A stretch of 64,000 nucleotides of DNA. Source: Lytechinus pictus. Lineage: Eukaryota. The position numbers were made by a program, and so were the translations under genes. The stretch spans positions 18,600,001 to 18,664,000 of the forward strand of contig NC_087260.1 in assembly GCF_037042905.1 (NCBI RefSeq), read 5' to 3'. Below, one piece after another: positions 52,726-64,000 of this stretch (positions are counted from its first letter, which is position 1; every line of letters starts with the position of its first letter). The notes under the pieces were generated by a model. That model worked only from the letters and a program-made list of their open reading frames with translations, searched no databases and was not told where the DNA came from.

Positions 52726-53789
52726 AGTACATGGCAGAAGGCGAAAGATATGCTCAGCTACAATACCTCTTCATGATTAAATATCGAATTCATCTCGAAA
52801 CTTTTATAACTCGAAAAGACACCATCTGCAAAAATAATGAATAACATTTGTAATACAATTGTTCGTATTCAATTAGTTTTATTCTGGCGTTCTGACTACA
52901 ACGAACCAGACAAAGCAATTTTTCTCCTTCAGGAATTCTTCGTAAGCAGATGGTCTATGGCCGCCGTGCGACCGAGGAATAGAAAACCGGAACCATGCCT
53001 TTCCTTACAGTATCATTCAACATATGGCGTTCTTATACCATTTGATTGCAATTAAATCGAATATTGTTTTATGGAGATCGTTTATTGATGCCCTAAGATG
53101 TGGAGGGCGTAGGTTGGGGCGTATCTTCGGTGATCCGTGAGGTCGCTCCTACTACGATTACTCTCATTAACCCCGACTCCAAAACAATTACACTAACCAT
53201 TATTATTAACATCACGTTGTTCTGAACCCTAACTTCAATTTTGGATTTACCAAATAGTCACTACTACAAACAAAAATCAATTGAATCCAAGGAGTGTATG
53301 GTCATTGGTTCCCTTATTTTGAGTCCCATTATTGTTTGACATTACCTGCTTTTGAAATTATTAAGCACACATTTAAAATGTTATAACAACCTAGTTTAAA
53401 ATGTCTAAATTTGAAAAGCGCTTAGATTACGAGGTAAATGTCTTGTCTTAAATTTGTGTATATAGTGAACATAAAGCTAAGACTTTTGTGATTTTGCCAG
53501 TATAAGAGAAAAGGGTTTGAAATATACTAGTAACCTTTCCCATATATTGCCATTGATTTATTCATATTGGTCCTCCTTTCGTCATACCACCCTTTTTAAT
53601 CATTGCCTGTCATATCCATTTCATATTCATCTTCATTTGTCTTCTGACTGTAAGGAAAGATGGGTAGTCTATTTTCACTCCAATCATCATGGATCTACCC
53701 ATTTAGATACCAAGGATGGAGTCGGGGATTTTGATCGAGAAGGGGGTAGTGAGAATCCAACTTTCAGGAGTAACAATCTTCCTATACTC

Positions 53790-54085
53790 CGTCTCCTCCT
53801 TCTCCTTCTTCTTCTTCTCCTCCTCCTTCTTCTTCTTCTTCTTCCTTCTTCTTTTTCTACTTCTTCTTCTTTCCTTCTTCTTCTTCTCCGACTCCTTCTT
53901 CTATTTCTTCTTTCCTTCTTTTTCTTCTTCTTCTCCGACTCCTTCTTCTTGGTGTTCTCCTTCTCCTTCTGCTTCTTCTTCTTTCTTTTTCTTCTTCTCC
54001 TCCTCCTCCACCTACTCCCCCTTTTCGTCTTTATTTCCCTTCGACTTTTTCTTCCCCTTCATCTTCTTCTTCGTATTCTTCCTAT
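53790..54085. repeat. (TTC/CTC)n microsatellite
   Basis: Directly visible. Source of the Leu/Phe/Ser-rich ORFs. Confidence 0.92.
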
Positions 54086-54195
54086 GCTTTTCATTTGTTG
54101 TTTGCTGCAAAATAGGCATATATACTTAGTGCATTGTCCTTTGTGATAGATTTCGATATAACATCGGACAAATGATATCATAATTATACCAAATC

Positions 54196-54476
54196 AGTGG
54201 CGTACGTAGAACTTTTAAAGGGGGGCTCAAGCTGAATGAAAATGACCGCAAAAAAAAAGAGAAGAAGGTCTCCACACCACCATTTTTTGGTTGTTACCTA
54301 CCCCCAACAAATTGACAAGTAAAAAAAAAGGGTCACCACCAATTTTACGTCGTTTCGTACGTCAAAAAAATTTGACAAGCAAAAAAAAGGTCTTTAACAT
54401 TTTTTTTGGGGGGTATCAAAAAAATCAAAGGGGGTTCGAACCCCTGTAACCCCCCCCCCCCCCCCCCTTTGCGTAC
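54196..54476. mobile_element. G/C-tract hAT-like MITE remnant
   Basis: Starts CAGTGGCGTACG and ends poly-C TTTGCGTAC. Internal TTGACAAG.AAAAAAAAGGTC repeats also occur at about 58475-58500. Confidence 0.55.
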
Positions 54477-54806
54477 TTATTAGCCAAACATGAACATATT
54501 GCGTCTAAGGTTTGTTTTGGTAGCTGATGACTCTCACGCGCTATCCGTCACGATGAGCCATGGAAGATGCATTAATATAAGACATCCCGGGGGTGTTACT
54601 TTCTCATCGCTTATATACACGCAGACCTGTAATTGGATCCAGACATTCTCGGGGATTCCCCTTTACCTGTTCTTTAATTTATGCATTTTGGGGGAATGGT
54701 GCTATAAAATTAAGTTAACGATTTATAGATATAAATATAACAACCACTGATGTCACTGCAACCAAGTTAAAATATCATTGAAATAACGTCCCTCTCTCCA
54801 CCCCCC

Positions 54807-54951
54807 NNNNNNNNNNNNNNNNNNNNNNNNNNNNNNNNNNNNNNNNNNNNNNNNNNNNNNNNNNNNNNNNNNNNNNNNNNNNNNNNNNNNNNNNNNNNNN
54901 NNNNNNNNNNNNNNNNNNNNNNNNNNNNNNNNNNNNNNNNNNNNNNNNNNN
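54807..54951. other. Assembly gap (N run)
   Basis: Directly visible. Confidence 0.98.
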
Positions 54952-55369
54952 CAATATTATTATTACAATAATAGTAATAAAAATAATGATAGAAAAGTAC
55001 AAAAAAATATCATTTTAATTTAAAAGAGAGCCTAAGGATAAATAATTACTGAATGATCCAAGACAAGTGAATGTTTCATATATTTGTCATCACATCAGGT
55101 ACAAATGTGTTGATTATAATTTTGACTACAAAAATAATTTATGGACAAAACATATATTTTCCTCAATAGACTGGAATATTGTTAAAACACTGCGAAGTTT
55201 TATCTTTATGCCTCTGCACTTTCACTTTTAATAGAGATGGACTTATATCCTTCTGCTAATTACGTTGTACGTCCGAACCTTCAACCTACTATTACTGGAC
55301 ACCTGTCTCTCTAGAGGCTAGAAGGTCTCTGCTACATTGAGCATGTTATGAGTGAAGTCTCGTGCATCT

Positions 55370-55540
55370 GTAGGCCCTGAACAGATCATTGCAAAATTAT
55401 ATATATTGTATTGTCTGGCATTTTCATGAGACATCCATCTTTTCTTCTTTTATTTACTCCTCTAATTCAGGCTGTTGATCAATTCTTTAATACTGTTCAT
55501 CTAACTATCTGGCGAGGCTTTTTGGAATCGGGGTTGTTGC
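55370..55540 (-). mobile_element. Possible decayed RTE-clade LINE C-terminal remnant
   Basis: Stop-interrupted translation RRKDGCLMKMPDNTIYIILQ*SVQG loosely resembles the RTE motif RRLRWxGHVxRMP..W...G. Confidence 0.25.
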
Positions 55541-58500
55541 ACGTTCCTTCCACGCAATTACTACATTCACTGCAACGATTTTTTTTTTCTTGGGGGGAGG
55601 GAGTTCATACTTTGTAAGTTCAAAATATGAAGATTCACTGGTGAGAACGTGGAAAGTTTTCTCGCTCGGTCGCTATGTACTCTCTATCGCATGTTTTCTG
55701 AGATGGCAAATACGGTCTACGAGGACCATCCTTGTTCATATTCAAATTTTAATAACCAAAATCCTTTAACTTTTTTTTTACATTTTAATGTGCGAAAAAA
55801 CTTAATACCGTGTGATTAAGCTATCACTAAGCAAAACTTTATTCGCTAACGTGACACCCCCCCCCGTTTATTTTCATTTAGGCTACGCCAGCGGTCATCA
55901 TATCATCACCACAACATTGCTTTAGTCATGTTTGTAATAACATTATTATGCCATCAGTAATTTATGCATGTATTGCGTTTCTTTCTCCCTAAATTCTCTA
56001 GATTACTGAGATCAAGGAGCCAATCCAAAATTAGATTGAAAATATCAATCTAGTAGTTTTAAAACTCAATCTTATTCTCAGTCTAAAAATTCTGGACTGG
56101 TCCCCCACCGCAAACTTAATACAATCTTATAATGATTTTCAATCTGAGGAATGGAGAGTTTCGTCGTTATATTGTGTTCTGTCTGTGGGTTTTTATTCTT
56201 CGTAAAATAGTCAAGACGGTTATTCATTGCCCTAACTTCAACACACAGAAAATAATTATCTTAGTTCGCCCTTCTTCTGTGAACTTCTATTCATCTTTCC
56301 TGACTTCTCGTGGAGCCACGGATCTCGTCGAAATATTAGTTACGCTAGAAATGAATTGAAGACTGAAAATTATGTTATGGAACATTGCGCTTTTGATGAA
56401 TTTGACTGTATTTTCTACGAATGATGCTCTGAATCCAGGTTCTGTGTAGACCATGATCGTTTCTGCAGAGGTTGAATCACTCATTCGTTTCAATGATTTA
56501 TTTTCCTTTCTTTTCCGATTTCCGTTGAATTATGAATCAATTAGGGATTGTTAGGACGTCAATAACCTCTAGCTCTGTCTTTCACCCTCTCTTCTCTTGT
56601 CTCTTTATATCCCGATCTTTTATTCTATCTATCTCTCTCCCTCTATTTTAGTCTATCTCTCTATTTTCCTCGCTCTCATTTTAGGTAATACAAGAATGTG
56701 CACAAAATCAAATTTCGTTGGAAAAAAATAAACAAGATTTTGGTTTCTTTTCCTTGGGATTCGTGACATTAATTCATTTGATCTAATTAGTAGTGCAAGG
56801 AATTTCTCTATCTTTTCAGTCTTTTTACTTTCTATGCAATTTAGATGTAATTTGCAAAGAATGCACCGCTGCTGCATCGTGACATTTGCGGCAACATTAA
56901 CATTCGTGGCTATTTAACATGCATTAGGCCATAGATGTACTGCAGCATGTAACACTGTCTTGGGGGATTATTGATCTGTTTGTTACATTATTGTACATGA
57001 CATTAGTCATTTAAAACTCGATTCACAAAGCACCATCCCATAATGTCATATATCACCCATTGCATACTAGTAATCACAATCTCTTTCCGACTTCTCGAGA
57101 TAAGCCAATTTCGCCTAATCAATCGATCGCTCCTGACCCGATGACTTCAAAAAACTATTCCCAAATTAAGCAAATCTTGTCTTTGCACATTTATGATCGA
57201 TTGGAGGCGATCGATAGCATTTAGCGATATGAATATTGAAGCTAATTACTTTGTTTAAGTAATAATCTCAGCGGACGCTTCATGTAGGTTAAGCTATCAA
57301 ACATACTCGTTCAATATGTGCTTATGTTGTACGTTTTTATTAGCGTTGGCAGGTTCCACATTTATTTTTTATACATTCATAACATAATCATTATTTTATT
57401 CATTCATTTATACATGTATTTCCATTTATTTTCATATTTTGTCATTTATTCACATATGCATTAGTTTGGGGGTTTCAACGTTAAACAAAACAATGTGATA
57501 ATATCATCATTTCGAATTGTTAATACTATCTATTTCAGCATTCATGCACAATGTTGTTGGATACCCTGCCCCCCCCCCCTCCCCTATTTTTCGAGGGAGC
57601 AGGGGTGAAGATTAAGGGGTGGGACCGTGCGGCCCTTTCCCCAGGCCCCGCCCAAATTCAATTATATTTTGAAATTCCCAAATTTGTATTTTTTTAATAT
57701 CGCTTATTTTTGGGGCAAAAACCAACAGAATATGGTAACTCTAGTCATTGTATTTTTCTTTATTCTTTGATATTCCTATTTCTTTCTTTATTTTATTCAT
57801 TGTCAAGGAGTTGAACTATATAACTGCTTTTGTGAGTGTTTTTATTTCCTTTTTTTTTTAGTTATGATTCACGATTCTGTCATTCATTGCCATTTTTTTA
57901 TTTGATCATTATTTGTTTGTTTGTTTGTGGTCTTTTAAGAGAAATTTTATCGTACTCTTTGTCACAGCCTCTCCCTCCTATCGTTAGTTATGTAAATTTC
58001 GTAGCTGGCAGCTTTTACGATCCCCGGGGATGACCAGATTTATAGGGCACTGGCATGACTGACGATGTCAGTTGTATAGCGCCTCTTCCACTTAAAAACA
58101 TTATATTGATTGAATGAACTTTATATCTCTATGTATATATACGAGTTCAATGAGGGGGGGTCAGTTTCTATTTTACCAACGGTTTTATTTCCGTAAAAGA
58201 ACCAAATCAGCTTGATATACTAAATGTAAATTATCTAACTTTTCCTGTATTGCTGGTAATAATGCTTCTGATAAACCATAGACTCCCGCATAAACTCTCA
58301 GTTTTATATATCAGTTCGTTTAATGTCTCCGAGTTCTGTGGTTAAAGTCATATAGCGCCATCTATACTGTAAAACCACAAAATGTTTTACGATGATAACG
58401 TGACTAGTTGGCCAATTAAATGAAGGTTTCCATCTTTTCGAAAGGGGATGGGGGCACATTTTCCCCGAGGAAAAACTTGACAAGCAAAAAAAAGGTCCTC

Positions 58501-59303
58501 ACTTTCAAAAGGGGGGGGGCACAATTGTGTTTTAACGGCATTTTTGCATTACAAATTTTAATTGTGCATCTCAAGAGGGGGCACGAGTCGGCTCTGCCCC
58601 CCCCCCCCGGTGGATCCGCCAGTACCATTAGGTATCGTAATTATAAGGCTTTATAAACGGGTCACTCGTCTCTATAATTATACAGAAAAAGCCTCAAAAT
58701 CATTGGAACAAACAACAAAATTGTAAAGAAACGACCCCCAAATTTAATAAGGGAAGTACGTCCAAACATAATAGTACTCCTTCAAAAACTTTCTTGAACA
58801 AAATGTTGATATTTTGTAATATTATCTAACTGTAGACTGTGTAGAGTCCGTATACAAATATCGCTGCGATACTATGCCTCGGTTTTTATGCAACGTTATG
58901 TGTAAGAAATGTGCTGTGGTCAACGCATATTGTCATACTCTGCAACAATATGCGTTTATGCGACTTTTTGTTTAGCTGTAGCATTTATATTGTAATCAGG
59001 GCTTTTATATTCCGATTCATTTTATAATGGCAGTTTTACTGCATCGTTTTCGAAAGTACATCTGCGCTAAGTCCTCGATTCAGAAAAACAAGGAATTACA
59101 TGGAGCTATGATTTATACCTATGTATGAAAGAACTCCAATCCATCATAAGTAGAATGTTTTGTTTTGTGCATTTATCATGCCTATTGCCCCATTAAGTGA
59201 TAACTATCGGTATATCATCTGCTTTGTAATGTATGACTTGATGAATGTTCTTTCTAATGTTGCATCTATAAACTGCTAGTCGAAAAGGAAAGGTATTGCA
59301 AAG

Positions 59304-59463
59304 ATGGCAGTCAGAATGATTCGATCCACTCTTGCCATTTGGATACCAATTTTGATTATAATCATGAGCGTAGATGGTGTTTTGAGCGATGTAAAACCCA
59401 CATCGTATATCCGGCAAACTCGCAAAAGAAATAAAAGACAGTGGTCAACCATGTCAACCCTAG
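59304..59463 (+). CDS. Exon 1 of a secreted WSC-domain protein: signal peptide plus basic propeptide
   Basis: AAGATGG start context, hydrophobic LAIWIPILIIIM, RKRNKR polybasic site, donor TAG|GTATGT in phase 1. The phase matches the WSC exon. Confidence 0.75.
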
Positions 59464-59566
59464 GTATGTATGTATTAGGCCTATCCTTTTACTCTCATCC
59501 AACTTACCAGCGATAAATTTGCATGGGTTGCTTTTAGATTACAAAAGTATCAGGAGTGCTCACTAA

Positions 59567-59742
59567 TACCTCAGTCACATTTTGCTCTCCGGCAGCCGTG
59601 CGGCGAGTCGAAAACAGCCGTTTTAACATTTTTGTACTAGCTACATAATACATGTGTAGTATAGGTGGTTTGAAGAAAAGTGAATAAAACTGCTGTTTTC
59701 GACTCGCCGTACGGCCGCCATAGAGCAAATGTGACTGAGGTA
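59567..59742. mobile_element. Palindromic MITE with TAA/TTA flanks
   Basis: About 55-bp arms TACCTCAGTCACATTTGCTCT..CGGCGAGTCGAAAACAGC / GCTGTTTTCGACTCGCCG..AGAGCAAATGTGACTGAGGTA. Confidence 0.9.
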
Positions 59743-59934
59743 TTACTCACTTACACCCAATCACCACCTGCATCACCATCCCAACCTGGTAACGTGGGGA
59801 TACAGCACCCCACCAACCTCGGGCTGGCTATGAACGTCCCAAGTAGGAGGACGTTAACTTTGCAGGGACGTGAGAGGGAGACACGTCCCTGCTTTAACAT
59901 TGTTATTTTCCTTCCCGTTGTAACTGGGGTTCTG

Positions 59935-60063
59935 GGACCCGTAACACAAAGGTTAGCAATTGATCGTACGCTTGATTTCTACGATTGATTGTACATTTTA
60001 GTCAATGGAATCAATCGTAGAAAAATGTTCTGCGATCATTGCTAAGCTTTGTTTTACGGAGTC
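59935..60063. mobile_element. PIF/Harbinger-like MITE with TIRs like those at 947-1093
   Basis: CTG|GGACCCGTAACACAAAGGTTAGCAATTGATCG ... CGATCATTGCTAAGCTTTGTTTTACGGAGTC|GTG. Confidence 0.75.
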
Positions 60064-60238
60064 GTGATCAACATGTTCGTTTATACCCGTAACTGCAAAC
60101 TGTACTCGAATAGTTTCAATAGTTCGGCCATTTGATATTGTGGGAGAGTTTTTGTATCAAAGTATCTGTAGCATGATTGTATGTCCGGTAGTAATTTCTC
60201 CCATTATATCGTTTTCAGTTGAAAAGGATTCTCTATTT

Positions 60239-60668
60239 AGCCCCCATCACACTTATTCGGAATCAGCAGGAATCAAGCAGAAGCTGGAAAGAAAAAAATA
60301 TTCAAAAAATCTAGAAATTTTTGGGAGGAACTTATGAATTCACCAAACTGGAGTTGAAATTCAGTAAATTGACCACGTGTATCATCATACACTAGTCAAA
60401 ACGAACCGCAATGGAGTCAGATTGATAATTCGTGCTACGTTCTTGGGCATTCTAGGGGCATTCTTAATATCCTGATTGCATTCGAAATATTTTTGTCATT
60501 TCTTTTGGCCGTCCCGAAGGTTTTGGTCATGACTCATGTTCAAAACATTCGAGGGATATTTTCGAACGGTGTTCGAAGTAGATTTAAATGACCAACTGGT
60601 GGTCAAACAATAGTCCTTTCTAAGTTCAGGCCAATTCTGCTTGATTCGGAATAAGTGTGATGGGGGCT
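60239..60668. mobile_element. Harbinger-like MITE
   Basis: TIR AGCCCCCATCACACTTATT / AATAAGTGTGATGGGGGCT with internal TTCGAA/GAAT repeats. Confidence 0.8.
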
Positions 60669-60669
60669 A

Positions 60670-61105
60670 CGGTTTTTCCCTCTGCCCGATTTACCGATCC
60701 CATTTTTGCCTCTGCAATATTTACCTCCCCCAATTGTTCAGCGGTGCCATTTTTGCATGTGCTATTTTGTACCTTTGCCAATTTAGTCTCTGTCATTTTT
60801 TATTTACCTCTACCATTTTTACTTCGGCCAACTTTACCAATGACATTCTTACCTATGCCATGAAAAAACTGTATTATAATATTATGCGAATGTTATGAAC
60901 GCAGAAGAAAACAATAAATCAAATCAAATCAATTTTTAGTAACACCGTGTTAACCTATTTTACCTTTGCCCTATTTACTTCTGCCTTTTTCCCCAATGCC
61001 ATTTTTACCTGTGTTATTTTTACCTGTGCCATATTTACCTATGACACTTTTCTCTTGCCATATTTTTACCTCTGCAATTTTATCTACTTTTACCTACACC
61101 ATTTG
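60670..61105. repeat. Degenerate tandem repeat with CCATTTTTACC core, unit about 15 bp
   Basis: Repeated TTTTACCT/TGCC motifs. The pattern resumes at 62636-62670 after the inserted element. Confidence 0.8.
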
Positions 61106-61106
61106 C

Positions 61107-62635
61107 CAGTGGCGTAACAGGCGGGGGGGCAGGGGGGGCAAGCTGCCCCCCTGGCGGAGCTCACCGGGAAAATAAAAAAAAACGGGGAAAAAAAAAAGGG
61201 AAGAAAGGGAAAGGAAAGAAAATAGGGGAAAGGGGAAGGGGAAAGGGAAAGGAAAAGGGAAAAGAAAACTAAGAAAAAACATAAAAAAGGAAAAAAAACA
61301 AGTGAGAAAGAACAATTCGCCCCGATATACAAATACATTAGCATGATTAGTAAGACAGGGAAATAAATTAAAGGCAAACAAAAGCGGGAAATAAAGGCAG
61401 AATGGAATTAGCCAAAATCTAAATTGGAAAATAAAGAATAGGGACAAGATAACGTACACTACCGGGCTGCCGAGGATTGAGCTAACGAGCGGGAAGAAAA
61501 ATGGATGGTATATAGCATAATGTCGTATGAAAGTCTATCATAAACTTGCTAAATCTCCAAAGGCTACAGGGGATTCTGTCCAAGAGTCAAGACCCGTGCA
61601 GTGGGGGCTCTTCATCTGTAACCTTTAATGGGTTCTATAACGGGCCCCTATATGGACCCTTCCTGCATTAAGCTTTACGTTGAAGCACTGACGTACCGGG
61701 GATGGTTCCACAGCCAAGGGGAAATAAAAGAAAATAAAGGAGGCAGCGAAATGAGATGAATGAAAAAATATATGACATGATATGTGCTATAATGATGTAA
61801 AAATCTATCTCATAATTAGAATTTCATTTTAACAGGCCATTTTTTTTCTGGCTCGCTTCGCTCGCTGGCGACTTTTTACAAATTTTCCCACATTTGCTAT
61901 GCTGTGCCCCTCACAATATTTGGATGATTACGATACACAACTGCATTGAATTTATGTGTTGTGTTAAAGCTATATAAATATACACGCAATTTGATTAAAA
62001 TAAGTGGCCATCTGTAAGGTTTAAAATGGCTTTGATATCAAGAGGTTCCGGGGCTCTGCCCTAGACCCCACCCTAAAGCACTGTTATATGGATGAGTTTG
62101 GACCATGGCCCCCAAAAGTTCTACAACCAAACAAAAAAAATGAGGAAAGAAAGGAAAGTGTATTATATTTTTCTGAATATCACGTTAAAATCTATCTTCA
62201 TGTTAGATTCTCATGAAAAGGTGATTTTTTTAATCTAGCTCGCTTCGCTCGCTCGGGACCTATATTAAGCTACTTCTTGCCAGAAGCGCCATACTCGGAC
62301 CCCTCGAGCATATAGAGCTTCGCCACGATGCTCACAATCATAACAAAAATCCTGTTCACCGTGGCGTACAAAAAAGAGAGAAAAGAGGATAGACAGGAGG
62401 GTGAATATGATATCATCTTTTTAACATTATGTCAAAATCTATCACAAAATTTGATTTTTGCAATAAAAAATGTCAAAAATGTTTGCTCGCTCGCTTATAT
62501 ATATATATATTTGCCCGATACGCCATATCGCCCCCTCTAAATTTTTGCCTTATGACGCCATTGCCTGTTCCATGATATGACCGGGAAATTTTTGGCTCTT
62601 GCCCCCCCTGGCCATCGACCCCTGTTACGCCGCTG
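61107..62635. mobile_element. Composite hAT-type non-autonomous element (1.5 kb)
   Basis: TIR CAGTGGCGTAACAGG / CCTGTTACGCCGCTG. Flanks ACCATTT(G)C and ACCATTTC form a near 8-bp TSD. Contains three GCTCGC-module sub-units. Confidence 0.85.
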
Positions 62636-62673
62636 ACCATTTCTACCTATTTTTTTCACCGACCCATTTACAG

Positions 62674-62949
62674 AAGGTGATTACGTAGGTTGCTTTGCTC
62701 TAGGATGCTTGCATTTCGACTATTTCGCCGATGAACCTGGTAACCGGACAACACCTTACTTCTGCACAGCAGTATGTAAAGAAAACGGATTCCCATTCGC
62801 AGGTGTTTACAACCGCACAAAATGTCCATGCTTCTGCGTTCAGACGTGTCTCGAACGAGTGGATGACGATCGATGCGGCATTCCATGCCTAGATAACCCT
62901 GTCAAGTTTTGCGGTGGTTACGCCGCAGTCAGTGTGTATAATATGACCG
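62674..62949 (+). CDS. WSC-domain exon (phase 1-1, 276 nt)
   Basis: YVGCF...FCTAVCKENGFPFAGV...CPCFC...CGIPCLDNPVKFCGGYAAVSVY matches the WSC pattern. Acceptor TTTACAG| and donor CCG|GTAAG. Confidence 0.9.
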
Positions 62950-63269
62950 GTAAGGCGAAATGTTTTTGAAAATTTCCCTGAAAATTGTGCTCGAAATACA
63001 TAAAATATGGGATATAATTATCACGTCTGTCTAATGGAAGCTTAGTCATATCTATGTACATCCTACGGCAAAGATGTTGAGATGACGAGATCTTAGAAGA
63101 GAAGATCCGAAGTCAAGATCTCGGATCTCGTCGACCTTTGAAGAGATGATGGGATGACGAGATCATAATTATGTTGTGTATGGGCCAACTGTTTGACTTC
63201 AGCGTCCTGAAAATGAAAGATGGCTTCCCCCAGAGAACACTGGAATTGAGATTTTACTCCATGAATTAA

Positions 63270-63929
63270 AGGACAAGTCGACCCCAAGAAAAAAGTTGAT
63301 TTGAATAAAAAGAAAAATCCAACAAGCATAACACTGAAAATTCCATCAAAATCGGATGTAAAATAAGAAAGTTATGAAATTATTAAGTTTCGCTTAATTT
63401 CACAAAACAGTTATATGCACATCCCGGTCGGTGTGCTAATGAGGGAACTGATGACATCTCTCTCTCTCTGTTCTCATCCCTCCGCTTGGTTCGGAGATCG
63501 TCGGGTCCAACCCGCATGTGACGTACATGACTCACTCACTCACTATTTCTTTTGTATTTTATTATATGAAATATTCAAATTTTCTCCTCATTGTCCTGTG
63601 AAACAAAGTTTTATTTCTCCCTGAACATGTGAAATTACAATTTTTTAACACTTTATGGATCAGTCAAGTTGGTCTTTGTTTTCAAATCTGTAACAAATGA
63701 AATATTGTTTAATTCAAACAATAAAAAACAAAAGAAATAGTGACTGAGGGACATCATCGATTATGTGACTAAATTATTGTGCAATAACTTTTTTGTGAAA
63801 AACAAGTGAAACTTCAAAATGTCATAACTTTTTTATTTTACATCCGATTTCAGTGAATTTTTCAGCATTATGCTTGTCTGATTTTTATCTTGATTCAAAT
63901 CAACATTTTTCTGAGGTGGACTTGACCTT
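63270..63929. mobile_element. TTAA-target MITE (Kolobok-like AG...CT ends) with long inverted arms
   Basis: TTAA|AGGACAAGTC ... GACTTGACCT(T)|TTAA. Arms include AAATCGGATGTAAAATAAGAAAGTTATG / CATAACTTTTTTATTTTACATCCGATTT. Confidence 0.88.
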
Positions 63930-64000
63930 TTAATCAATCATGTGTTCCAATCAAGAACTAGAAACCGGTGCTTTACTTTCGCTTACTATTGACAGCGCAG

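Noticed and set aside
53517-54146. 209-aa hydrophobic ORF resembling a membrane protein
   Set aside because: Translation of a (TTC)n microsatellite.
63093-63150. Possible terminal exon (EEKIRSQDLGSRRPLKR*) of the WSC gene
   Set aside because: The phase fits, but the AG has no pyrimidine tract.

Overview
AT-rich, repeat-dense animal genomic DNA. The MITE and SINE families resemble those of sea urchins (inference, not confirmed). Two intron-containing genes lie head-to-head about 20 kb apart. (1) Minus strand: the first coding exon of a neuroligin-like carboxylesterase-fold gene (ATG 39136, phase-1 donor after 38698). I found no further exon, so 1-38697 is probably one intron of more than 38 kb. 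(2) Plus strand: a secreted WSC-domain gene with a signal/propeptide exon (59304-59463) joined in phase 1 to a WSC exon (62674-62949). The rest is non-autonomous DNA transposons (Tc1/mariner-like TA, hAT-like 8-bp TSD, PIF/Harbinger-like 3-bp, CACT-ended 2-bp TSD, TTAA-target), tRNA-derived SINE copies, two minisatellites, microsatellites and five N gaps. Almost all ORF-track entries are spurious. I see no clear new biological system. The best leads are the furin-processed 11-Cys WSC protein, a five-hairpin intronic segment, a TIR element flanked by a 44-47 bp duplication, a candidate recursive splice site, and a branch point possibly created by a transposon junction. Coordinates and counts were read by eye.
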